DNA from: Pseudomonadota bacterium
Lineage (GTDB): Bacteria > Pseudomonadota > Gammaproteobacteria > JAKAQQ01
Reading direction: 5' to 3'
Assembly: GCA_027320085.1 (NCBI GenBank)
Contig: DAHVLZ010000011.1
Coordinates: 1-64,000 of the forward strand
DNA length: 64,000 nucleotides
Shown: positions 42,695-51,529 of the stretch, one piece after another
Layout: each line of letters begins with the position of its first letter
Position numbering within the stretch: position 1 is the first letter of the stretch
Notes under the pieces: model-generated
Databases searched by the model: none
The model's input: only the letters and a program-made list of their open reading frames with translations
What the model was told of the DNA's origin: nothing
Program-made: the position numbers and the translations under genes

Positions 42695-43720
42695 TCAAAT
42701 CCGCCCTTTGGCCTGGGGTAGCCTGGCCCCACCCGGGGCCTGTTCCAGGAGAACCTCGCGTCGAAAACGGTAACGACGTGCCGGCCGGCCACCGGTTTGG
42801 ACCTCGATCGCCCCGGTCGGTTCGACCAATTTTTGCTGGACCATCAGGCGGCGGAAGTTCTGTTTGTGCAGGCGGAGACCGGCGATCGCCTCGACCGCCT
42901 GTTGCAGTTCAAGATAGGTGAAGGTGGGAGGCAAAAGTTCAAAAACCACCGGCCGGTACTTGATCTTGGCCCGCAGGCGGGTGATCGCCGTGGCGAGGAT
43001 GCGCCTGTGGTCCTGGACCATGGCCTCCCCGGTGGGGGGGGAATCCCGCCCCGGCTCCGTCCCCGGGTGCCGTCGCCGGGCCTCGGCAATCAGGCCCGCC
43101 TCGTAAAGGAGTTCATAGCGTTGCAGCACCCATTCTTCGTTCCAGGCCAGGCCCCCGACCCCGAAGGCATGACGGTAGCGCCGCCGCCGCTCACGTCGCT
43201 CCGCTGTCCCCGACGCCCGCGTGGCCCAGCGTTCGAGTGCGCCCAGGATCGGGGCGAGAACAGGGGGTGGGCCCTGCCGGTGATCCTCCCAGGGAAAATA
43301 GCGGTACCAGCTCCACCATCCCACCCCGGGGGCGGGATCCCGCCGGAATTCGAGCGTGAGGGCAAGGTAACCGACCGAAATCACCCGCCGCGGTCCCGAA
43401 TTTTCGAGACGATCCCGATCCGCAAAGGTATAGAGTTGCTCGATATGTCCGAGCGGATGATGCGTCTGGCGCTCGACCCAGGACCGCACGCCCGACTGGA
43501 GCGAGCGATGCACCGACTCGAAGGGTCCCGAAGGCAGGCTGATTCCCGTCTCCAGGGTGAGAACCCGGGGCATGCGGGCCGTGACGGCCGCCACAACGGC
43601 GATCAACTCGGCGTCGAGGGGCGCGGTCGTGGACACCATCTCCCGCCTCATCCCGTCCCCCGTGCGGTGCCCCCCCCTGGCCGTGGTCTGACCAGTCGGC
43701 CCCGATTCCTCAGGTTTCAT
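42695..43720 (-). CDS. nadQ: Nudix-related NAD biosynthesis regulator NadQ (NrtR-like)
   Basis: LPSGPF, EQLYTFADR, FPWEDHR, DHRRILATAITRLRAKIKYRPVVFEL, HKQNFRR; upstream of nadAB with a matching box. Confidence 0.87.
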   Translation of the reverse strand: MKPEESGPTGQTTARGGHRTGDGMRREMVSTTAPLDAELIAVVAAVTARMPRVLTLETGISLPSGPFESVHRSLQSGVRSWVERQTHHPLGHIEQLYTFADRDRLENSGPRRVISVGYLALTLEFRRDPAPGVGWWSWYRYFPWEDHRQGPPPVLAPILGALERWATRASGTAERRERRRRYRHAFGVGGLAWNEEWVLQRYELLYEAGLIAEARRRHPGTEPGRDSPPTGEAMVQDHRRILATAITRLRAKIKYRPVVFELLPPTFTYLELQQAVEAIAGLRLHKQNFRRLMVQQKLVEPTGAIEVQTGGRPARRYRFRREVLLEQAPGGARLPQAKGRI

Positions 43721-43760
43721 GGTTCCATGTTAGCACCCGGCCGGGGTCCAGAACGGCCGA

Positions 43761-43789
43761 TTGACAGTCCATCCCGGGCATGCTAACTC
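43761..43789 (+). promoter_or_regulatory. Sigma70-type promoter for mbfA
   Basis: TTGACA-N17-TAACTC with an extended TG. Confidence 0.55.
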
Positions 43790-43825
43790 TATGGAAAATG
43801 CCCCGGGTCAGGCTGGATTTTATTA

Positions 43826-44833
43826 ATGAGACGTGACATTTTCTCTCCTGCTCTCTGGTACCGTCGGGGAAATGCGGAACTGGACTTTACGGACCTCACG
43901 GAACAGCAGATTCTCGCGCTCGCGATCTCGCTCGAGGAGGATGACGGACGGATTTACGAACAGTATGCCGATGCCCTGCGTGAGCACTATCCGGAAAGCG
44001 CCCGGATGTTCACGGTCATGGCACAGGAGGAACACCAGCACCGGAACCGCCTGATCGCGGTCTACCAGGCCAAGTTCGGCGACCGCATTCCCCTGGTCCG
44101 ACGCCAGGACGTGCGTGGCTTCATCGAGCGCAAGCCCGTCTGGCTCATCCAGCCCCTGGACATCGAAAAGATCCGGCGCCAGGCGGAAATGATGGAAAAC
44201 GAATCCGCGAGCTTCTACGCCGAGGCCGCCCACCGCAGCAGTGACGCCACGATCCGGAAGCTGTTGGGTGATCTGGCCGCCGAGGAGAACATCCACGAAA
44301 GCAAGGCGGAATCGCTTGAAAGCGAATTGATCACCGACTCGGTCCAGAACCGCGAGCGGGAAACCCACCGGCGCCAGATGCTGCTCCAGGTGATCCAGCC
44401 CGGCCTCGCCGGACTCATGGACGGCTCGGTCTCGACCCTGGCACCGATCTTTGCGGCAGCCTTTGCGACGCACAACACGACCAGCACCTTCCTCGTGGGC
44501 GTGGCGGCGGCCATCGGCGCCGGCATCAGCATGGCTTTCGCCGAAGCCCTGTCGGACACGGGGCTCATCACCGGACGCGGCAATCCCTGGTGGCGGGGCA
44601 CGGTCACGGGCGGAATGACCACGGTGGGCGGACTGTTCCACAGTCTGCCCTTTCTGATCCCCTCCTTCCATGTGGCACTCACCGTGGCCGTGATCGTGGT
44701 CGCGATCGAACTGGCGACCATCGCCTGGATCCGCAAACGCTACATGGACACACCCTTCCTGTCGGCCGTCTTCCAGGTGGTGGTGGGCGGGGTCCTGGTC
44801 TTTTTGGCCGGCATCCTGATCGGCAGCGCCTGA
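43826..44833 (+). CDS. mbfA: Iron exporter MbfA (rubrerythrin-like domain plus VIT1/CCC1 domain)
   Basis: ILALAISLEEDD...EEHQH diiron motifs; QPGLAGLMDGSVSTLAPIFAAAFAT membrane domain; start uncertain. Confidence 0.92.
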   Translation: MRRDIFSPALWYRRGNAELDFTDLTEQQILALAISLEEDDGRIYEQYADALREHYPESARMFTVMAQEEHQHRNRLIAVYQAKFGDRIPLVRRQDVRGFIERKPVWLIQPLDIEKIRRQAEMMENESASFYAEAAHRSSDATIRKLLGDLAAEENIHESKAESLESELITDSVQNRERETHRRQMLLQVIQPGLAGLMDGSVSTLAPIFAAAFATHNTTSTFLVGVAAAIGAGISMAFAEALSDTGLITGRGNPWWRGTVTGGMTTVGGLFHSLPFLIPSFHVALTVAVIVVAIELATIAWIRKRYMDTPFLSAVFQVVVGGVLVFLAGILIGSA

Positions 44834-44858
44834 ACGGGCGCTCCCGGAGCAGCCGGAT

Positions 44859-45395
44859 TCAGGCCGCCTGCGACCGGAGAAGACGGTCCTTGAGCTCGAC
44901 CACCTGGACCCAGTAGAGAATCCAGAGCACAAGCGCAGCCACCCAGCTGAGACCGCCCAGGAACGGGATGAAGACAAAAATCCAGAGGATGGACATGGCA
45001 AGCCCCAGGCCATAACCACAGTCCCCGAAGTCCTTGAGCCCCCGTTCCTCAGCCTCCCGCTTCAGTGACTGGGACACCTGGATGACCACGACAAAGTTCC
45101 AGGCCAGGTTGAAAACCGGGATCAGATCCAGCCAGACAAGTCCCGGACTCAGACTACGGTTCTTCGGCGCGATGTTCCGCAACACCCCCTGCAGGCTGAT
45201 CAGGAAAAAGATCAGCGGAATGTACCAGGCCGCCAACAGGACAAACAGGAAGGCCAGGGCGAAAAACAAAAGATCCCCGATCACGGCACCCGCGGTCAGA
45301 CCGGCCAGGAGGGCATGCATCGGCCCGTGGAAATGAGCCATCCACGGACCCTGCGACCAACTGCCCCGAAAGCCCGCTTCCGTCAGGATCTGCAT
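44859..45395 (-). CDS. DUF4328-like integral membrane protein (paralog 1)
   Basis: Four hydrophobic segments; NRSLSPGLVWLDLIPVFNLAWNF and WILYWVQ. Confidence 0.7.
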   Translation of the reverse strand: MQILTEAGFRGSWSQGPWMAHFHGPMHALLAGLTAGAVIGDLLFFALAFLFVLLAAWYIPLIFFLISLQGVLRNIAPKNRSLSPGLVWLDLIPVFNLAWNFVVVIQVSQSLKREAEERGLKDFGDCGYGLGLAMSILWIFVFIPFLGGLSWVAALVLWILYWVQVVELKDRLLRSQAA

Positions 45396-45407
45396 CTCAG
45401 GACCCCA

Positions 45408-47300
45408 TCAGGCGGGAGAGGCTCCACCCGCCCGGCCTGCCGTCCGCCGATGCCGCCGAATCAGGAAACCCATGCCCAAAAGTCCCCAGAGGCTCAGCCA
45501 GTCCATACCCCCGCCCCCGCCACTGTTGCCCGAGCTGGCACCGGCCACGCTGATGGAACCCGTGACGGGAGACTGGCTGCTGCCCACCACCTGGGCACTA
45601 TAGCTGAGCGTTCCCGCGTTGGGGGCGAGATAGCTCACCATGAGTGCGGGCGAATACTCCCCGGGCGCAATCCAGCCCTCATAGGTGCAGCTCAGGCTCG
45701 TGCCGCCGGTGGAGACACAGCTCCAGTCCGGGCCGCTCACCGGGAACGAGGCCGCCTGGGTCGGCAGGTTGACCGTGATCGTGGGATCGCCCACGGCACC
45801 CACAAAGGGGTTGAGCTCGGCCACCGGGGTGCGGAAGGAAGGCACGTTCTGGTTCTCCACCTGGAAACTCAGACTGAAGGCCGACCCCAGGGGCCCTGGT
45901 GGATCCGAACTCGTGATCGAGACCGTGGTATCGGCAAGATTCTCCTCACTCGCATACTGCTGGGCGGAGATCATGGTCCCGTAGTTATGGCCACTCAAGT
46001 CGGCATACTTGCTGCTCTCCCCAATGATGAAATCGCCCGCACCGTCCATCGCCACAGACATGCCTCCTGCTTGACCTGCAATCACATTGTTTGCAGGGTC
46101 ACTCGCAGCCGGAATGGGTCTTTGGGTGGCGACCAGTGGGTTCCCTACAGGGGTCCCATTCGCCCCATAACGCTGGGCCACGATCACGGTCACGTAGGGC
46201 GCCTCTTCATGTCCATATTTGGCAAAGTTGCCCCACGCCACGACGAAATCACCCTCCGCATCCATCGCAACCGTGGGGACCACATTGTTTCCGGTTATAG
46301 AACTGACGAGGAGGCCACTGCCCTCGGCCGTACCCGCAGCCGAATAGCGCTGCGCATAGGCCTCGGAGTAGCCCGAAGAGGGCCTGTTTTCCCACGCCAC
46401 CACGAAATCGCCTGCCGCATCCATTGCAACCGAGGGTGACTCATTGTTGCCGGTTACAGAACTCACGAGGAGGTCACTGCCCGTGGCCGCACCCGCGGCC
46501 GAATAGCGCTGCGCATGGATCTCATCGCTGCCCGAGGACGGGACGTTCTCCCAGGCCACCCCGAAATCACCCACGGCATCCATCGCAACCGAGGGTGACA
46601 TATTGTTTCCGGCGGTCGAACTCACGAGGAGGGCGCTGCCCTCGGCTGCACCCGCGGCCGTATAGGGCTGCGCATGGATCTCATCGCTGCCCGAGGACGG
46701 GACGTTCTCCCAGCCCACCACGAAATCACCTGCCGCATCCATCGCAACCGCGGGCGACTCATTGTTTCCGGCGGTCGAACTCACGAGTATGGTACTGCCC
46801 TCAGGCGCACCCGCCGCTGAATAGAGCTGTGCATAGATCTCTTCGCTGCCCGAAGTCGGCCTGTTCTCCCACGCCACCACGAAATCACCTGCCGCATCCA
46901 TCGCAACCGAGGGTAAAAAATTGCTTCCTGATGTGGGACTCACAAGGAAGACACTGCCCTCGCTTGTGTTCGGGGCCAAATAGCGCTGTGCATGGATCTC
47001 TCCGCCGCCCGAGGACGGGTAGCTCACCCACGCCACCACAAAATCGCCTTGGGCATCCACTGCCACTTTTCCACCTGTCACCATGCCGCCGCCAGGCTCA
47101 ATCACGATCGGAGTCACATTGATCAGGCCCCCGACCGCTCCACCGGATCCGGATCCCGCATGGGCCCAAGGCGAAGCGGCGAGTGCCATGGCCACGGCCA
47201 CGGCCACAGGAGAAGCGTGGGCCGCCGAAAATCGGGGTTTCATGGTTTTCATCAGAGATTTCCTCATTTCTAGGTTTCGTTCGCGCATTCTCGTCAGCAC
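45408..47300 (-). CDS. Secreted tandem-repeat (probable beta-propeller) protein with DUF11-like Ig domain and GlyGly-CTERM-like anchor
   Basis: Signal peptide ending in WAHA; seven VAMDxxGDFVVAW repeats; tail SSGNSGGGGGMDWLSLWGLLGMGFLIRRHRR; start uncertain (47300-47243). Confidence 0.8.
   Translation of the reverse strand: MLTRMRERNLEMRKSLMKTMKPRFSAAHASPVAVAVAMALAASPWAHAGSGSGGAVGGLINVTPIVIEPGGGMVTGGKVAVDAQGDFVVAWVSYPSSGGGEIHAQRYLAPNTSEGSVFLVSPTSGSNFLPSVAMDAAGDFVVAWENRPTSGSEEIYAQLYSAAGAPEGSTILVSSTAGNNESPAVAMDAAGDFVVGWENVPSSGSDEIHAQPYTAAGAAEGSALLVSSTAGNNMSPSVAMDAVGDFGVAWENVPSSGSDEIHAQRYSAAGAATGSDLLVSSVTGNNESPSVAMDAAGDFVVAWENRPSSGYSEAYAQRYSAAGTAEGSGLLVSSITGNNVVPTVAMDAEGDFVVAWGNFAKYGHEEAPYVTVIVAQRYGANGTPVGNPLVATQRPIPAASDPANNVIAGQAGGMSVAMDGAGDFIIGESSKYADLSGHNYGTMISAQQYASEENLADTTVSITSSDPPGPLGSAFSLSFQVENQNVPSFRTPVAELNPFVGAVGDPTITVNLPTQAASFPVSGPDWSCVSTGGTSLSCTYEGWIAPGEYSPALMVSYLAPNAGTLSYSAQVVGSSQSPVTGSISVAGASSGNSGGGGGMDWLSLWGLLGMGFLIRRHRRTAGRAGGASPA
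46230..47070. repeat. 159-bp (53-aa) coding tandem repeats
   Basis: The CATCCA anchor recurs at 46259, 46418, 46577, 46736, 46895 and 47054 (exact 159-bp period); a degenerate seventh copy lies near 46042. Confidence 0.93.
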
Positions 47301-47458
47301 TCCCTAGCTGGTGTTTGAGCCTAAACCAAATCATGGGAGCACGCAAGTGGCTTCCGCGGCCAGGGTCTCCAGCCAGCGCCCCCCCGGTTGCCCATCAACC
47401 CCTTGCTTTCCCTGCTAAAATCGGAAGATATCCCGCAGACGACCCCAGGCTCACGACC

Positions 47459-47968
47459 GTGCCCGACAACTCCTCTCCCGATCCTGAATTTGGAATTGCC
47501 TTTCGCGACTATCGCCTGATTCCCGTGTTCCGGTCGACCACCCCCGAATTGCGTGAGGCCGTGGTCGATTTCTGGCTGGGCGAAGGCGCCCTCCGGAACC
47601 GCCCGAGCGCCGAGGAGCGGGCCTTCGAACTGGTGTATGTGATCCGGAACCGGCAACAGGAGCTGATCGGGGTCTCGACCGCGCAACTGGCACCGGGACT
47701 CGGGGGACAGCCCGCCTACTTCCTGCGGACCTTTATCCGGCCGGCCGACCGTACACCCGGGCTCCCGCAGCGGGTGATCCGGGAGACCTGGCAGTTACTC
47801 AAACGGCGCACCCCCCCCGACGGGCCCCAAGGCGCCTTCCTCGTGGGCGAGAACCCGAAGCTCCAGCGTCCCGGCATGAAACAGCAACTCGCCCGGCGCG
47901 GCTGGGATTATCTCGGACAAAACGCAAAAGGCCTTCCCCTCTGGGGGAAACCCTTCTCCCGGACCTGA
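47459..47968 (+). CDS. Hypothetical protein, possible GNAT-like fold
   Basis: Coding-like composition; ELIGVSTA...YFLRTFIRPADRTPG resembles GNAT motif A; GTG start inferred. Confidence 0.55.
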   Translation: MPDNSSPDPEFGIAFRDYRLIPVFRSTTPELREAVVDFWLGEGALRNRPSAEERAFELVYVIRNRQQELIGVSTAQLAPGLGGQPAYFLRTFIRPADRTPGLPQRVIRETWQLLKRRTPPDGPQGAFLVGENPKLQRPGMKQQLARRGWDYLGQNAKGLPLWGKPFSRT

Positions 47969-48003
47969 CCCCTCCAGGTCCCACCCGCTCCCGGCTGGTG
48001 CGC

Positions 48004-48444
48004 TCAGGTCGCGGATTCGAGTCGATGGCGGAAGCCCGTGATCTGGATCCAGTAGAGGATCCAGCAGACGAACCCGGCCACGGAGGTCAGCAGGGACAAT
48101 AACGGAACCAGGGAGACCACGGCCAGGATACACATGGCGAGACCGATGCCACCGCCAAAACCGGACCCCTCGAGCCCGCGGGCCTCGAACTCGGCCTTGA
48201 GGGAATCGCGGATGTAAATCACGACAAAGAAATTCCAGACCAGGTTGAAGAAAGGGATCAACAGCAGAAAAACCAGGCCGGGTGACATTTTCCGGTTGGC
48301 GGGCGAAACCGCGTTCAGGGTTTTCATCAGGGAGACGAGATAGAGGATGGCGACCGTGAGCGCGGCCAGCCCAATGATCAGGCCAAAGAGCAGGCCCATG
48401 CCGGTCAGAAACATCCAGGGCGAAAATCCGTGGGCAGTCATCAT
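48004..48444 (-). CDS. DUF4328-like integral membrane protein (paralog 2)
   Basis: NRKMSPGLVFLLLIPFFNLVWNFFVV and WILYWIQ align with 44859-45395; GGAG RBS. Confidence 0.72.
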   Translation of the reverse strand: MMTAHGFSPWMFLTGMGLLFGLIIGLAALTVAILYLVSLMKTLNAVSPANRKMSPGLVFLLLIPFFNLVWNFFVVIYIRDSLKAEFEARGLEGSGFGGGIGLAMCILAVVSLVPLLSLLTSVAGFVCWILYWIQITGFRHRLESAT

Positions 48445-48733
48445 GTGGGTTCTCCGTTCAAGGGATGGGGGATCAATCGGGCCGGCGCCCGGCGGAACAT
48501 CGGGGCATCTCCTCGTTCCCTTCCCCCCGGTTCCGGATCCTGAGCGGCCGCCGTTTTTTTTCACTTCTTTTTTACACCACCTGCCACAGGACATGCAAGC
48601 CACAGGATCCGCGCTTACAATGAACCCGTTCCTTCCGGTTCCCCAACCCACCGGATCGGCTTTTCTCGTCCCGATCCCCGAATCGCGGGAGATCCCTCGG
48701 AGGGGGAAAGACGACACCCCTGGAATCCGACCC

Positions 48734-49534
48734 ATGCCCGCCCCGCCCGAGCGCATCGTCTGCCTGACCGAGGAGACCACCGAAACCCTCTACCTCCTGG
48801 GTGAGGAGGGAAGAATCGTCGGCATCTCGGGATACACGGTCCGTCCAGAGCGCGCACGGCGCGAAAAACCCCGGGTTTCAGCATTCACGCACGCCAAAAC
48901 CGAGCGCATCTTGGCCCTTGAACCGGATCTGGTCCTCGGCTTCTCCGATCTCCAGGCCGGCATTGCCGAATCACTCATCCGCCAGGGCCTCGAGGTCCAC
49001 CTCTTCAACCAGCGCAGCGTGGCGGGCATCCTGGCCATGATCGCGAACTTGGGTGCCCTGGTCGGCTGTCCGGAACGGGCCCGCGCGCTCGTCCGCACGC
49101 TCGAGGACGGACTCGACGAGATCAGTCAAGCAGCCCGGCTCTGGCCCCGGCATCCCACCGTTTATTTCGAGGAATGGGACGATCCCTTGATCTCGGGTAT
49201 CGGGTGGGTCTCCGAACTGATCGAAATCGCGGGCGGCTGCGACTCATTCGGCGATCAGGCCCGGCACGGCCTGGCCAAGAACCGCATCATCGCGGATCCA
49301 GCCCGGGTCGTTGCGGCGGATCCCGAAATCATCCTGGCGTCCTGGTGCGGCAAGAAGTTCCGTCCCGAGCGTCTCGCCGCCCGTCCGGGCTTCGCGGCCA
49401 TCCGGGCCGTCGCCTCCGGATGGGTCCACGAAATCCCCTCGAGCGAGATCCTGCAACCCGGCCCCGCCGCACTGACCGACGGGATCCGAAGGATCCATGG
49501 GCTTTTCGGTCGCTGGGTGGCCCGTTACGCCTGA
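48734..49534 (+). CDS. BtuF-like cobalamin-binding/helical-backbone metal receptor without a signal peptide
   Basis: PERIVCLTEETTE, PDLVLGFSDLQ, YFEEWDDP, SWCGKK, ILQPGP. Confidence 0.82.
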   Translation: MPAPPERIVCLTEETTETLYLLGEEGRIVGISGYTVRPERARREKPRVSAFTHAKTERILALEPDLVLGFSDLQAGIAESLIRQGLEVHLFNQRSVAGILAMIANLGALVGCPERARALVRTLEDGLDEISQAARLWPRHPTVYFEEWDDPLISGIGWVSELIEIAGGCDSFGDQARHGLAKNRIIADPARVVAADPEIILASWCGKKFRPERLAARPGFAAIRAVASGWVHEIPSSEILQPGPAALTDGIRRIHGLFGRWVARYA

Positions 49535-50625
49535 TCGGGCACGATCCCGGCGGGAGTCCCGACCGCAAGACGGGCTGCGTGCCGGATCTCGTCGGGGCTC
49601 GTCAGCCGGCGACCGAACACGATGCGTGCCGGATCCTCGCGCCGTTCGAGAAAACCCGCCTGCCAGAGCCGGTGGAGATGGGCGAGCGTCTCGCCGAAGG
49701 CGAAAGCCCGCTCATGGTCACTGAGTTCGCGTTCGAACAGCACGGGAACCATGTCGGAAGCGGTCGCAAAGCTGCCGGAGAGGGCCGTCAGGAGTCGGGC
49801 CAGACGGTCCTCATGGTGGGCCAAGAGTTCCCCGACGCGTGCCCGGGCCCCACGGAAGGGCCGGCCGTGGGAAGGCAGGATGAGGGCGTCGTCTCCAAAC
49901 GCCCGGAAGCGGGCGAGCGCCGCCAGAAAATCGCCGAGCGGATCACCTTCGGGCTCGAGGGTGAAAACCGAGATGTTGCTCGAGATGGTGGGCAGCAGGA
50001 GATCGCCCGAAATCAAAACCGACTTTTCCGGGCAGTGGAAAAACGCGTGTTCCGGACTGTGCCCGGCTCCCGTTCCCACCTGCCAGCCCGGGCCGAGCGG
50101 AAGGACCTGCCCGGCCTCGATCCGTCTCAGCGAAGCCGGGAGGCGGGGCACCGCCCGGATGTAGAATCGGGCCCGCCCTTCGAACGAGTCCTGTTCCTGC
50201 GCCGTTGCCCCGTGCCGGGCGTAGAAACGGCCGAGCGTGGCCGCATCGGCCGGCGGACTCCGGCCCTGGATGAGACAGGCGCCCAGATACTCGGCCAGGG
50301 TCATCCGGAGCGGAACCCCGAGCCGGTCGCAGAGCCAATGGGCCAGACCGACGTGATCCGGGTGGAGGTGGCTTACGATCACCGCCACGGCCCGTTCGCC
50401 GGCGAGCGGACCTTCGATGAGTGCTGACCAGGCGTCCCGGGTCGGCCGGGTATCCATCCCGGTATCCAGGAGGGCGTAGCGTTTCTTCTCCTCGTCGCGG
50501 AGGATCCAGAGATTCACATGGTCGAGGGCCAGGGGCAAGGGCATCCGGACCCACAAGACCCCGGGGGCGATTTCAAGCGTTGATCCGGGGGCCGGAGGCT
50601 CCCGGTCCAGGATTTCAAGGCTCAT
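49525..50625 (-). CDS. MBL-fold metallo-hydrolase
   Basis: LDHVN, SHLHPDHVG, GHSPEH, SGD, PSHG. Confidence 0.9.
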   Translation of the reverse strand: MSLEILDREPPAPGSTLEIAPGVLWVRMPLPLALDHVNLWILRDEEKKRYALLDTGMDTRPTRDAWSALIEGPLAGERAVAVIVSHLHPDHVGLAHWLCDRLGVPLRMTLAEYLGACLIQGRSPPADAATLGRFYARHGATAQEQDSFEGRARFYIRAVPRLPASLRRIEAGQVLPLGPGWQVGTGAGHSPEHAFFHCPEKSVLISGDLLLPTISSNISVFTLEPEGDPLGDFLAALARFRAFGDDALILPSHGRPFRGARARVGELLAHHEDRLARLLTALSGSFATASDMVPVLFERELSDHERAFAFGETLAHLHRLWQAGFLERREDPARIVFGRRLTSPDEIRHAARLAVGTPAGIVPDQA

Positions 50626-50665
50626 CGGGCAAAGGGGGAGGCGCGGGACGGGCCGGTAGCCGGCA

Positions 50666-51469
50666 TCACGGCTTCCCGGCGAGGCCGAGGAGATGGGACA
50701 GATCCTGCTCGGGCGGGACTCCGCTCGTGAGGTGGAGCCCCTCTCCCGGTGAGCGGACGATGATGCCGGGCGTCCCCTGGAACCCGAGCCAGCCGAACAG
50801 CAAGGTGGCATCGCGGATGGCCGCAAGCGTCCGGGGCTGGATCCGGTTCCGCGGCAGCGGCAGCAATCCGCCCTCGGCGTAGCGCGCCTCGAGGGTGTCG
50901 AGGGCGGCCTCCGGCCGGCGGCTCTGCAGGACCCTCGCGGCCTTGCCGAGACTGCTCCGGGCCAGTACCGCGACAAACAGGTAGCGCATCTGCAGACCAT
51001 CCTTGAAAAGAGGTTTCACCCACTGCCAGAGGTGATGGCAGTAGACGCAGTTGGGGTCGACCATGGCATAGACGATGGTGCGAGGATGGGCGGCACCCTC
51101 GGCCACCCACGGCAGGTGGTCGAGCCGGTTCCAGACCCCCCCCCGGACCAGATAACGGTCGAGGAACCGGGCGGTCAGATTCGTACCCTGGGCATCGATC
51201 AGGTTGCCCATGAGGATGCCGCGGCCATCCCCCACCGAGTAGACGAGGGCCCGATGCATGCCGGACTCGATCACATAACCCTCGATGCCGAGCCCGGTCG
51301 GGAAACGCCGGACGACCCGGACCCCCATCCGCTTGAACAGCTGGAAGGTGGGGGCGGGGGATCGGGCCCACGCCCAGGAACCGGTCAGCACAAGGCCCAG
51401 GAACAGCGCCGAGAGCACCCGGGACCGGCCGGCTGGACGGGCACAAGGGGGGCTCGGGTTCGTTGGCAT
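50666..51469 (-). CDS. dsbG: Thiol:disulfide interchange protein, DsbG-like
   Basis: Signal peptide, DPNCVYCHHLW, GTP cis-Pro loop, N-terminal dimerization-like region. Confidence 0.8.
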   Translation of the reverse strand: MPTNPSPPCARPAGRSRVLSALFLGLVLTGSWAWARSPAPTFQLFKRMGVRVVRRFPTGLGIEGYVIESGMHRALVYSVGDGRGILMGNLIDAQGTNLTARFLDRYLVRGGVWNRLDHLPWVAEGAAHPRTIVYAMVDPNCVYCHHLWQWVKPLFKDGLQMRYLFVAVLARSSLGKAARVLQSRRPEAALDTLEARYAEGGLLPLPRNRIQPRTLAAIRDATLLFGWLGFQGTPGIIVRSPGEGLHLTSGVPPEQDLSHLLGLAGKP

Positions 51470-51529
51470 GGGGATCACCGGACCAGGGAGGCGGCCAGTA
51501 TACGACAGCCCGTCCTCCTCGTCCCCCCG

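Noticed and set aside
46230-47070. Regular repeats as a CRISPR array or DGR template/variable pair
   Set aside because: Units are in-frame 53-aa coding repeats with no unique spacers, and there is no cas or reverse transcriptase gene.
48445-48733. Cobalamin riboswitch upstream of the BtuF-like gene
   Set aside because: Conserved B12-box elements not found in the required order.
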